From Candidatus Micrarchaeota archaeon (lineage in GTDB: Archaea > Micrarchaeota > Micrarchaeia > Norongarragalinales > Norongarragalinaceae), in the NCBI GenBank assembly GCA_043800965.1, contig JAZDMM010000109.1:1-27882 (forward strand): a stretch of 27,882 nucleotides of DNA, given 5' to 3'. The notes beneath the pieces were generated by a model. That model was not told the DNA's origin, searched no databases, and saw only the letters and a program-made list of their open reading frames with translations. Both the position numbers and the translations under genes were made by a program. Each line of letters begins with the position of its first letter. The first letter of the stretch is position 1. Below, one piece after another: positions 16,748-24,369 of this stretch.

Positions 16748-17278
16748 ATGGCTTTTTTAGGTTTAGGTGATATCGAGGCGGTAATGGCGGTTGCATTCGT
16801 TTTCGCTTGCTTTACTTTTTACCTTAACTTGACTCTAGGCAAGAAGGACGAGGTCAAGAAGATTCAGAAAAAGATTCAAGACCATCAGAAAGAGCTGCAG
16901 AAGGCGATTAAGGAAAACGACCAGGAGCGCTTGAAGCAGCTGCAGAAAAAAGACGCGGAAGTTTCGCAGTGGCTCAAGGACAGCATGTTCATGCCCATGC
17001 GTGCCATGATAGTAATTCTCCCCGCGTTTTGGATAATGTTCGCGTTCGTTATTCCCGCATTAATCACTCAGGAATTCGTGGTTCGCATGCCGTTTCACTT
17101 GCCGCATGCGTACACTGTTTGGGACGGTTCGACTTGGCGAGATTACGTCGGGAGCAAGGGCTTGTTCATTTGGTCGCTCGTGCTTTACGGGCTGGTATTC
17201 GAATTGATTTACTCTCAGCTTCTCCCGAGGATTCGCGGGGAAAAAAAGCTTAATAACAATGCTCGTCACGAACAGTAA
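16748..17278 (+). CDS. EMC3/TMCO1 (DUF106) Oxa1-superfamily membrane insertase
   Basis: TM1, cytoplasmic coiled coil (KKIQKKIQDHQKELQKA...), further TMs; conserved position after secY. Confidence 0.85.
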   Translation: MAFLGLGDIEAVMAVAFVFACFTFYLNLTLGKKDEVKKIQKKIQDHQKELQKAIKENDQERLKQLQKKDAEVSQWLKDSMFMPMRAMIVILPAFWIMFAFVIPALITQEFVVRMPFHLPHAYTVWDGSTWRDYVGSKGLFIWSLVLYGLVFELIYSQLLPRIRGEKKLNNNARHEQ

Positions 17279-17294
17279 GAAAGGTGTTTTTGAA

Positions 17295-17588
17295 ATGGTT
17301 AAACCGTCTTTAAGAAAAGCAAAGAAAACAAAGAGAGCAGGCGGAATAGTAAAGTACAAGCCGAAAAAGCCGGCGAAAGCGTCTTGCGGATTGTGCGGCG
17401 CCCAGTTGCACGCCGTTCCCCACAGGTCTACTGCGGGAATGCGCGCGCTCGCGAAAACCAAGAAGAGGCCCGAGCGGCCGTTCGGCGGAGTTTTATGCTC
17501 GAAGTGCTCTACTTCGCTTTACAAAACCAAGGCGCGCGGCGGGCAGCCCCGCATTTCGCAACAGCGCTTTTTCAAGCAGTTGAAGTGA
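17295..17588 (+). CDS. rpl34e: 50S ribosomal protein eL34
   Basis: CGLCGAQLHAVP, KRPERPFGGVLCSKC; start moved to ATG 17295. Confidence 0.93.
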   Translation: MVKPSLRKAKKTKRAGGIVKYKPKKPAKASCGLCGAQLHAVPHRSTAGMRALAKTKKRPERPFGGVLCSKCSTSLYKTKARGGQPRISQQRFFKQLK

Positions 17589-17594
17589 TTCGAA

Positions 17595-18146
17595 TTGCGA
17601 GTAGCAATATCGGGTTTAAGCGGCTGCGGCAATTCCACTGTATCGAAACTGGTTGCCGAGAAGACGGGTTTCCCGCGTTTTAATTACACGTTTCACGACT
17701 TGGCCCGCGACTTGGGCGAGGAGTTCATGGACTTTCACGCAAAAGCCGCATCGAATCCGGGAATCGATCTCGAGCTCGACCGCAAGCAGCAGGCGTTCAT
17801 TAACGAAAACAAGCACTGCGTCGTGGGCACGCGGCTCGCGGTGTGGATGGATGACGCGAAACTGCTTGAGAAAATCGGGGGCGAGCGCGTGAAACTGGAT
17901 TTCAAGGTTTGGCTCGACGCTCCGCTCGAGGAACGCGCGCGCCGAGTTGCCGAACGCGAAGGCGGTTCGCAAGACGAGGCGCAAGCTGAAGTGATTGCAA
18001 GGGATTTGGATAACGCGTTGCGTTACAAGAAATTGTACGGCATCGACGTTTCAAAACACGGCTTCGTGGATTTGGCGATTAATTCCGAGGAACTGACTGC
18101 AGAGGAAGTTTCCCAGAGAATCGTTATTGAATTGGATAAAAGGTGA
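17595..18146 (+). CDS. cmk: Cytidylate kinase (archaeal type)
   Basis: P-loop [42 protein letters not shown]. Confidence 0.92.
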   Translation: MRVAISGLSGCGNSTVSKLVAEKTGFPRFNYTFHDLARDLGEEFMDFHAKAASNPGIDLELDRKQQAFINENKHCVVGTRLAVWMDDAKLLEKIGGERVKLDFKVWLDAPLEERARRVAEREGGSQDEAQAEVIARDLDNALRYKKLYGIDVSKHGFVDLAINSEELTAEEVSQRIVIELDKR

Positions 18147-18154
18147 ATTCGATT

Positions 18155-18322
18155 ATGGCAGCTATTGAAGTAGGCAGGAAAGCGGTTTTGCTGAAAGGCA
18201 GGCGCGCGGGACAACAGGTAAAGATTACGAAGGTTATCGACAAGAACTTTGTCGAAGTAACCGGCGAGAAAGGCAAGGCGCGCAAGTGCAACGTGCTTCA
18301 CTTAGAGCCGTTAGCGAAGTAA
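18155..18322 (+). CDS. rpl14e: 50S ribosomal protein eL14, minimal 55-aa form (not in ORF track)
   Basis: Manual translation [55 protein letters not shown]; KOW motif and R.CNV.HLEP. Confidence 0.93.
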   Translation: MAAIEVGRKAVLLKGRRAGQQVKITKVIDKNFVEVTGEKGKARKCNVLHLEPLAK

Positions 18323-18355
18323 AGCCCTTTATTTGCAGTGATCTAATATATTTTC

Positions 18356-18649
18356 ATGCAACGAAGCCAGCTTGAGCCCCGAAAAGAGCCGCTTAATAAA
18401 GAAGGTGCGGAGGAAGAGCGCATCAAAAGCATTCTAAGCCAGTGCTCGAATGAAGAGTTGGCTAAAACGCATAATTCAGGCGCTAAGAGCGAGCGCAACC
18501 TCAATATTTTGAGGGCGAACATGGGCGCTCACCCTTTCAAGCGGGCTTACACCCACGCCGAATTAGCTGAATTGCACGAGCTTGCAGCTACTAGAATCCA
18601 GCATATTCTAACGGCTGAAAAGCTTCGTCTTTTGCGGGAAAAGGAGTAG
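18356..18649 (+). CDS. Hypothetical helical protein
   Basis: 97-aa ORF filling the gap between rpl14e and cbf5; AT-rich AATATATTTT just upstream; no recognised motif. Confidence 0.6.
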   Translation: MQRSQLEPRKEPLNKEGAEEERIKSILSQCSNEELAKTHNSGAKSERNLNILRANMGAHPFKRAYTHAELAELHELAATRIQHILTAEKLRLLREKE

Positions 18650-18657
18650 AAGTCGCC

Positions 18658-19578
18658 TTGATTACTTTGCAACGCGAGGAATTCACAAAAGGCAAGAAGC
18701 CGAGCGAGCGCAGCGTAGAAGAGCGCTTGAGCTTCGGCGTCGTGTTAATCGACAAGCCGTGCGGCCCCTCGTCTCACGAGGTATCCGCTTTCGCGCGCAA
18801 GATCGCGCACTCGGTTAAAAGCGGCCATTCCGGAACTTTGGATCCCGATGTCTCGGGCGTGCTCCCTGTTTTTCTCAATAACGCGTGCAAAGCGGTTACG
18901 GTTTTCATCGGTGCGCCAAAGGAATACGTTTGCGTCATGCTCATGGGTTGCGAAAAGCCGTTCGCGGAAGTGAATGAAACATTCGATAATTTCCGGGGCG
19001 CGATTTACCAGACTCCGCCGTTGAAGAGCGCGGTTGCGAAAAAACTGCGCGTGCGCGAGGTTTACTCGCTTGACGTGCTTGAGGTTGCGGGCCGAAAGGT
19101 TTTGTTTAAGGCGAGCGTTCAAGGCGGTACTTACATTCGCACGATTTGCGACCATTTCGGTGAAGTAATCGGTTGCGGCGCTTCAATGCACGAGTTACGG
19201 CGCACTAAAGCCGCTGGTTTTGACGAGGCGGATTGCGTTACTTTACAGGACTTGAGCGACGCGTTTTGGCTATGGCACGAGAAGAAGGATTCGAAGCTGG
19301 TTGAAAAATTCGTGCACAATCTAGAGGACGTTTTATCGTTGAAGAAAGTCGTTGTTTCAGACGGCGCGTTAAAACCGATTACTACTGGCGCGAACCTTGC
19401 GATTCCCGGAATCATCTCGCTCGACCAGGGGATTAAGGAAGGCGACCGCGTTCAACTGTTGAGCGGCAAGGGAGAGATCGCTTGCCTTGCGCGAGCTTTA
19501 ATGCCGAGTGAAAAGATAGCGAGCCAGAGGCAAGGTATTGCGTTTGACGTCGAGCGCGTGATTCAGCAATTCAGTTAG
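18658..19578 (+). CDS. cbf5: H/ACA pseudouridine synthase Cbf5 (TruB family) with PUA domain
   Basis: DKPCGPSSHEV, GHSGTLDP (catalytic Asp), IYQTPPLKSAV, GTYIR, M.ELRRT. Confidence 0.96.
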   Translation: MITLQREEFTKGKKPSERSVEERLSFGVVLIDKPCGPSSHEVSAFARKIAHSVKSGHSGTLDPDVSGVLPVFLNNACKAVTVFIGAPKEYVCVMLMGCEKPFAEVNETFDNFRGAIYQTPPLKSAVAKKLRVREVYSLDVLEVAGRKVLFKASVQGGTYIRTICDHFGEVIGCGASMHELRRTKAAGFDEADCVTLQDLSDAFWLWHEKKDSKLVEKFVHNLEDVLSLKKVVVSDGALKPITTGANLAIPGIISLDQGIKEGDRVQLLSGKGEIACLARALMPSEKIASQRQGIAFDVERVIQQFS

Positions 19579-19692
19579 GTTTTTAAAGCAATTCGGCAAC
19601 AATAATAGAGTCGGGATTTGGCCCGCGAGGGGCTGGATTCAGAGAGCGCGTTCTGCAGGTTTTTATAGTCCCGAGCGCAAAATATTTTTCAC

Positions 19693-19953
19693 GCTGGGAT
19701 GGCAGAGCGGTAATGCGCACGCCTGGAAAAGCTTTTTCTTGGTTGCTCGGTTTTGAGCGTACCAGAAGAAAAATCCGTAAAGCGTGTGGGCGCGAGCCCT
19801 CCTGAGTTCGAGACCACCCCTTTCTTTTCATAAAGAAAGGTGCGGTCGTCCGCCAAAGAAACGCACGCAAACCGTTCGGGTTTGCGGCGCACGACAAATC
19901 TGTGGATTTGACGTGACATGGACGACATTGGTGAACAAATCTCAGTCCCAGCG
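19693..19953 (+). tRNA. tRNA-Ser(GGA) with two introns (19729-19780 at 37/38; 19812-19938 at 58/59)
   Basis: Acceptor GCTGGGA/TCCCAGC with G73, anticodon stem CACGC/GCGTG, variable arm GGGC-GCGA-GCCC, T stem CTGAG/CTCAG. Intron 2 has a clean BHB: GTTC/GAAC helix, bulges GA|G and AA|A, ACCA/TGGT helix. TATA-like TTTTTATA lies about 30 nt upstream. Confidence 0.9.
19817..19861 (+). repeat. tRNA-associated palindromic element, copy B (in tRNA-Ser intron 2)
   Basis: CCTTTCTTT-TCAT-AAAGAAAGG-T then CGCCAAAGAAA. Confidence 0.75.
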
Positions 19954-19982
19954 TTTTAATTTTATTTGAAACGGATGTTGAA

Positions 19983-20591
19983 ATGGCTAAGGAAGACAGA
20001 TCAAAGACGGAAAAGCCGAAGGAAGCTCCGAAGCACCGCGAGGTTCGCGTGAGCGAGAAAGCCAAGGCCAAGGAAGCAGCTGATTTTCGCGGAGTCATTC
20101 GTTTCATCGGCTGTGATTTGGATGGTCACTTGCCTGTGGGGGGCGCGTTGCGCAAGATCAAGGGAGTTGGCCACAACATTTGCGGTTTTATTTTGAGATT
20201 AGTAAAGAAGGAACTTAACATTAACGCCGACGAGTTAGTCGGTAACTTGACGGAAGAGCAGGTTGACGCGATTGAGGAAATCGTGACGAATTTGAACAAG
20301 CGGAAAGCTCCTTCGTTTTTGTTGAATCGCCAGCGTGACATGGATTCCGGTTCAGACAAGCACTTGATTTCCAGTGATTTGACTTTTCAAATCAGGCAAG
20401 ACATTGAGCGCGAGAAGAATTCGCGTTCGTGGAAGGGCTGGAGGCACCAGTTGGGCCAGCCGGTTCGCGGCCAGCGCAACAGGACTACGGGCCGCAAGGG
20501 CTTGACTGTGGGAGTCTTGAAGAAGGCTTTGAAGCAGCAGAAGACCGCGGCTGCGGGCGCTGCGCAGAAAGACAAGGCAGATAAAAAGTGA
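19983..20591 (+). CDS. rps13: 30S ribosomal protein uS13
   Basis: IKGVG, LLNRQRD..SG.D.HL, SWKGWRHQLGQPVRGQRNRTTGR. Confidence 0.97.
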   Translation: MAKEDRSKTEKPKEAPKHREVRVSEKAKAKEAADFRGVIRFIGCDLDGHLPVGGALRKIKGVGHNICGFILRLVKKELNINADELVGNLTEEQVDAIEEIVTNLNKRKAPSFLLNRQRDMDSGSDKHLISSDLTFQIRQDIEREKNSRSWKGWRHQLGQPVRGQRNRTTGRKGLTVGVLKKALKQQKTAAAGAAQKDKADKK

Positions 20592-20597
20592 TAATTA

Positions 20598-21191
20598 ATG
20601 GGTCATCCTCCGAGACGCACTAAACGATACGAAAAGCCGAAGAAGCTGTGGGACGCAACCCGCATTAAAGAGGAGAAGGCGTTCAAGCTGGAGTACGGTT
20701 TGAAGAACATGCGCGAGCTTTGGAAGATGCAGACTATTTTGAGGAAGGTCAGGCGCGAGGCTCGTCGTTTGCTGTCGAGGAAGGGCTCTGGCTTGGAGAA
20801 GCGCACCGAACAATTGTTGAACCGCGTCAAGAGCTTTTTGGTTTCCGGCGAGGTTTCACTCGATGACATTCTTACGTTAACCGAGCGCGATATTCTAAAC
20901 CGGCGCCTTCAGACGATTGTAGTCAAGCGCGGTTTGGCTAAGACGCCGGGCCAGGCTAGGCAGTTCATTGTTCACGGCCATATTGCGGTTGCTGGCCAGA
21001 AAGTAAACGCTCCTTCTTACTTGGTTAAGTTCGACGAGGAAAAGCGCGTTGACTGGTTCAAGCACCCGATTAAGTTCGCGTCTGCTCCGGCTTCTGCAGA
21101 GGAAGATGAGGCTGTTGAAGAAAACGGAGTTGAGACGTCGGCTGCTGAAAAGAGGGAGAAACGGCAGTTGAAGAAGGAAGAAAAAGAGTGA
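20598..21191 (+). CDS. rps4: 30S ribosomal protein uS4
   Basis: EYGLKNMRELWK, RRLQTIV.KRGLAKT..QARQFIVHGHI. Confidence 0.97.
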   Translation: MGHPPRRTKRYEKPKKLWDATRIKEEKAFKLEYGLKNMRELWKMQTILRKVRREARRLLSRKGSGLEKRTEQLLNRVKSFLVSGEVSLDDILTLTERDILNRRLQTIVVKRGLAKTPGQARQFIVHGHIAVAGQKVNAPSYLVKFDEEKRVDWFKHPIKFASAPASAEEDEAVEENGVETSAAEKREKRQLKKEEKE

Positions 21192-21197
21192 TTTTGA

Positions 21198-21674
21198 ATG
21201 GCTGACGATTCACGCGATTTCAGGGGAGGGCAAAGGCCCATGCACCGCGGGCCCAGAAGGGACTTTGGCCCGCGCACGGTTTTGCCTAAGGAAGGCAAAT
21301 GGGGCGTTGCGCACGTTTTCTCGAGCAAGAACAATACGGTTGTTACGATTACTGATTTGAGCGGTGCTGAAACCATTTCCGTCGGAAGCGGCGGCATGGT
21401 TGTAAAGAGCGACCGCGAGCAAGGCAGTCCTTACGCAGCCATGCAAGCCTCGTTCAAGGCTGCCGAACAGGCGAAAGAGCGCGGCATTGTCGCGATTCAC
21501 GTTCGCGTGCGCGCCCCGGGCGGGCACAAGACTAAGACGCCGGGGAGCGGTGCTCAAGCGGCGATTCGCGCGTTGGCGCGTTCGGGCTTGAAGATTGGTA
21601 AAATCGAGGATGTTACTCCTATTCCGACCGATACTACGAAGAGGAAAGGCGGTAAGAGGGGCAGGCGCGTTTAG
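21198..21674 (+). CDS. rps11: 30S ribosomal protein uS11
   Basis: [40 protein letters not shown]. Confidence 0.98.
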   Translation: MADDSRDFRGGQRPMHRGPRRDFGPRTVLPKEGKWGVAHVFSSKNNTVVTITDLSGAETISVGSGGMVVKSDREQGSPYAAMQASFKAAEQAKERGIVAIHVRVRAPGGHKTKTPGSGAQAAIRALARSGLKIGKIEDVTPIPTDTTKRKGGKRGRRV

Positions 21675-21687
21675 AGTTGGTGTGATT

Positions 21688-22314
21688 ATGGCTTCGTCTT
21701 TAAAGGTTTTGAAGGAAGAGGAAAACAGGCTTACGCTGCACGCGAGCGGTTGGGATTCTTCTTTACTGAATGCGCTGCGCCGCACGGTAATCAGCGATTT
21801 ACCCGCGTTTGCAATTGACGAAGTTGATTTTTACGAGAACTCGAGCGTTTTGTTTAACGATTACTTGGCTCACCGCATTGGTTTGATTCCGTTGTCGTTC
21901 GAGGAAGGCTTGAAGGATGATGCAACTGTTTCGTTTGCGTTGGATGCGGAAGCGATTGACGAGGACCGCTTCGTTTACAGCAAGGAATTGACGAGCACGG
22001 ACGACAAGATTAAGGTTCAATTCCCGAATATTCCGATTGCGAAATTGGTTAAAGGCCAGAAGCTGAGGCTCGAGGCTACTGCGGTGATCGGCACCGGTAA
22101 AAAACACGCGAAGTTTCAAAGCGCGTTAGCGAGCTTTGGTTCCGCCGAAGACTACAAAGAGCGCAAGGACGATGCGTTGAAGCCGCAGTTGAAGCAAGGC
22201 GATTTCGTTTTTTTCGTAGAGTCGTTCAACAACTTGAGCGCTAGGCAGCAACTCAACCGCGCGCTTGAAACGGTTGAAAGCGAATTAACGGTTTTAGAGA
22301 AAGAGTTGAAATGA
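21688..22314 (+). CDS. rpoD: DNA-directed RNA polymerase subunit D (Rpo3), short form
   Basis: NALRRT, NSSVLFNDYLAHRIGLIPL, G.GKKHAKFQ; true start is ATG 21688 after GTGATT. Confidence 0.95.
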   Translation: MASSLKVLKEEENRLTLHASGWDSSLLNALRRTVISDLPAFAIDEVDFYENSSVLFNDYLAHRIGLIPLSFEEGLKDDATVSFALDAEAIDEDRFVYSKELTSTDDKIKVQFPNIPIAKLVKGQKLRLEATAVIGTGKKHAKFQSALASFGSAEDYKERKDDALKPQLKQGDFVFFVESFNNLSARQQLNRALETVESELTVLEKELK

Positions 22315-22580
22315 AGATACGGGTTCAAGCGAACTCGAAGCAGGAATCGTGTTTATTGCGCGACGGCGTTGTCGTTGTTCGCGTGAAAGCCAAGCCCGTC
22401 GAAGGCAAGGCAAACAAGGAAGTCGAAAAAATCCTCTCGGCTTTCTTCAAGACGAAAGTATTAATCGTCAAGGGCTCGAAGTCCCGTGACAAAGAAGTCA
22501 AGATTGACGGCTTGTCTGATGAAGACGCCCTTGATTTCGTTCGCGGGGGTGGCAGAGCCTGGTCAAATGCGCAGGATTGA
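22311..22580 (+). CDS. DUF167/UPF0235 (YggU-like) protein
   Basis: V.V.ANSK, VRVKAKPVEGKANKE, I.KG.KSRDK; the 3' end overlaps tRNA-Leu. Confidence 0.88.
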   Translation: MKIRVQANSKQESCLLRDGVVVVRVKAKPVEGKANKEVEKILSAFFKTKVLIVKGSKSRDKEVKIDGLSDEDALDFVRGGGRAWSNAQD

Positions 22581-22627
22581 GGTTCCTGTCCCTTAGGGGT
22601 CCGAGGGTTCAAATCCCTTCCCCCGCA
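22543..22627 (+). tRNA. tRNA-Leu(GAG)
   Basis: Acceptor GCGGGGG/CCCCCGC, anticodon arm CAGGA-TTGAGGT-TCCTG, long variable arm, T loop TTCAAAT. Confidence 0.97.
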
Positions 22628-22651
22628 TACGCAAAAAATAGTTGATTGAAA

Positions 22652-23011
22652 ATGAAGAGAGGTCCGGAAAGCATTGCAACAAGGCGCATGGTCGCGCTGC
22701 TCGAGAACGCGGGCCGCAAAAACAAGGCGGCTGTGTGGCTCAAGGTAGCGGAGCGCTTGCAGAAACCGCGCCGCAAAATGCCGGAAGTCAACTTATTCAA
22801 GCTCGATAAAGTCGCTAACGAAGGCGACGTAATCGTTTTACCCGGCAAGTTGTTGGGCATTGGCGTTTTAACTAAGAAAGTGACTGTTGCCGCGTTCAAG
22901 GCGAGCAAGGAAGCCAAGGCTAAAGTATCGAAGTCCGGCGGTAAACTCTTGACTGTCGCGGACTTAGTCAAGCAAAACCCGTCAGGCAAGGGAATCAGGA
23001 TTATAGTGTGA
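22652..23011 (+). CDS. rpl18e: 50S ribosomal protein eL18
   Basis: W.KVAE.L.KPRR...EVNL.KL, PGKLLG.G, FKAS..A. Confidence 0.95.
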   Translation: MKRGPESIATRRMVALLENAGRKNKAAVWLKVAERLQKPRRKMPEVNLFKLDKVANEGDVIVLPGKLLGIGVLTKKVTVAAFKASKEAKAKVSKSGGKLLTVADLVKQNPSGKGIRIIV

Positions 23012-23017
23012 TTTGAA

Positions 23018-23440
23018 ATGATTGTTTTCGATGCAAAGGATTGCGTTGCGGGCAGGCTCGCTTCTTACACTGCGAAGACGCTTTTGAAAGGCGAGCAAGT
23101 GGTTATCGTTAACGCCGAGCTCGCGATTCTCTCGGGTAATGCCGTGAAAATCGTTTCGAAATACAGCGACAGGCGCGGCATCCAGCAAAAAGCGGATCCC
23201 GAGCACAGCCCGAAGTGGCCGCGCAGGCCAGACTTTTTGCTGAAGCGTATTATTCGCGGCATGCTTCCTCCTCACACCGCTAGGCGCTCGAATGCAATGA
23301 AGAATTTGAGAGTGTTCATGGGAGTGCCTAAGGAGTACGAAGGCAAGGGAAAGCCGGTTGCGGCGCGCAAGAAGCAAGACTTTACGCGCAAGGTAATTAC
23401 TTTAGGTTTCATTTGCAAGAAACTCGGTTGGAAGAGTTGA
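23018..23440 (+). CDS. rpl13: 50S ribosomal protein uL13
   Basis: GRLAS..AK.LL.GE.V.IVNAE, PRRPD..LKRIIRGMLP. Confidence 0.97.
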   Translation: MIVFDAKDCVAGRLASYTAKTLLKGEQVVIVNAELAILSGNAVKIVSKYSDRRGIQQKADPEHSPKWPRRPDFLLKRIIRGMLPPHTARRSNAMKNLRVFMGVPKEYEGKGKPVAARKKQDFTRKVITLGFICKKLGWKS

Positions 23441-23446
23441 TTTTAA

Positions 23447-23869
23447 ATGGCTGTTAAGAAAACGAGCAGGAAAAAGAAAGCGCAAGTCGTTACTCGAGGC
23501 AAGCGCAAGCGCGCTATTGCGCGCGCTTCGATTAAGCCGGGTTCGGGCTTGGTTCGCGTCAACAGCCAGTTGCTTTCATCCATTCAAAACCCGTTCTTCA
23601 AGGCTATTGCGGGCGAAGCTTTGAACTTCGTTGACTGCAAGGGCGTTGACATTTCGGTTTCCGTTAACGGCGGTGGCGTAATGGGCCAGGCCCAGGCGGT
23701 TCGAACCGCTATTGCGCGCGCTTTAGTAGACCATTTTAAGGACGAGAAGCTTAAGGAAGAAATGATTGCGTTTGACCGTTCATTACTCGTTGAAGACTCG
23801 CGTAGAGTCGAGCCCAAGAAGTTCTTGGGACCCAAGGCGCGCGCTCGCTTCACGAAGTCGTACAGGTAA
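23447..23869 (+). CDS. rps9: 30S ribosomal protein uS9
   Basis: GKRKRAIARA, GGGVMGQAQAVRTAIAR, DSRRVEPKKF.GPKARARF.KSYR. Confidence 0.98.
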   Translation: MAVKKTSRKKKAQVVTRGKRKRAIARASIKPGSGLVRVNSQLLSSIQNPFFKAIAGEALNFVDCKGVDISVSVNGGGVMGQAQAVRTAIARALVDHFKDEKLKEEMIAFDRSLLVEDSRRVEPKKFLGPKARARFTKSYR

Positions 23870-23885
23870 AGGAGATTGATGCAGA

Positions 23886-24083
23886 ATGTTGATTCCGGTT
23901 CGTTGTTTCACGTGCGGTAAACCCGTTTCCGAGCACTACGACGAGTTCAAGAAGCGCGTTAAAGACGGGGAAGACCCGGCGAAGGCACTCACCGAGCTGG
24001 GAGTTACTCGCTACTGCTGCAGGCGCATGTTCGTTGCGACCGTGGACTTAATCGAGGAAATCATTCCTTACCCGCGCTTCTAG
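23886..24083 (+). CDS. rpoN: DNA-directed RNA polymerase subunit N (Rpo10)
   Basis: MLIPVRCFTCGKPV, RYCCRRM. Confidence 0.98.
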   Translation: MLIPVRCFTCGKPVSEHYDEFKKRVKDGEDPAKALTELGVTRYCCRRMFVATVDLIEEIIPYPRF

Positions 24084-24086
24084 AGA

Positions 24087-24120
24087 AGCCCTTTTTATTC
24101 CTCTTTCTTTCTATTTACCT
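24087..24120 (+). terminator. Oligo-T/pyrimidine tract after rpoN
   Basis: CCCTTTTTATTCCTCTTTCTTTCTATTT immediately after the last CDS of the operon. Confidence 0.4.
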
Positions 24121-24192
24121 AATTGCATTTCTCTCGCAGGAGGGGGATGCTTCCAAGGGTAGCGGGGGAACCTGGGTTCCCCCAAGACGCTT

Positions 24193-24265
24193 GGGGGGTT
24201 AGTGTAACCTGGCATCACGCGGCCTTGGGGTGGCCGTAATCCGAGTTCAAATCTCGGACCTCCCA
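24193..24265 (+). tRNA. tRNA-Pro(GGG)
   Basis: Acceptor GGGGGGT/ACCTCCC (one G-U pair), anticodon arm CGGCC-TTGGGGT-GGCCG, T arm CCGAG-TTCAAAT-CTCGG. Confidence 0.95.
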
Positions 24266-24266
24266 C

Positions 24267-24317
24267 TGAAGCCCCTTTTCTTTGAAAAAGCAAAAGGTGC
24301 TTCATCGCCAAAAGAAA
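24267..24317 (+). repeat. tRNA-associated palindromic element, copy D (3' of tRNA-Pro)
   Basis: TGAAGC-CCCTTTTCTTT-GAA-AAAGCAAAAGG-T-GCTTCA then TCGCCAAAAGAAA. Confidence 0.72.
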
Positions 24318-24369
24318 GAGTTTTGTTGAAAAGAAAGCTTTAACTTTCAATGTTGGCTAAAATTGTTTC

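Noticed and set aside
19600-19675. Possible H/ACA-like ncRNA after cbf5 (TCGGGA...TCCCGA closing pair, GCCC-GCGA-GGG hairpin)
   Set aside because: No ACA box or k-turn was found, and the 3' arm overlaps the tRNA-Ser TATA box; support is insufficient.
19583-20107. ORFs spanning the tRNA-Ser locus (19583-20107, 19689-19928, 19784-19969) as intron-encoded proteins
   Set aside because: They cross exon boundaries and show no LAGLIDADG or other motif; the introns are too short for a homing endonuclease.
3102-24350. Numerous minus-strand and alternative-frame ORFs across the ribosomal operon (e.g. 8598-9518, 9038-9877)
   Set aside because: They fully overlap unambiguous conserved genes and show no motifs; expected antisense ORFs at this GC content.
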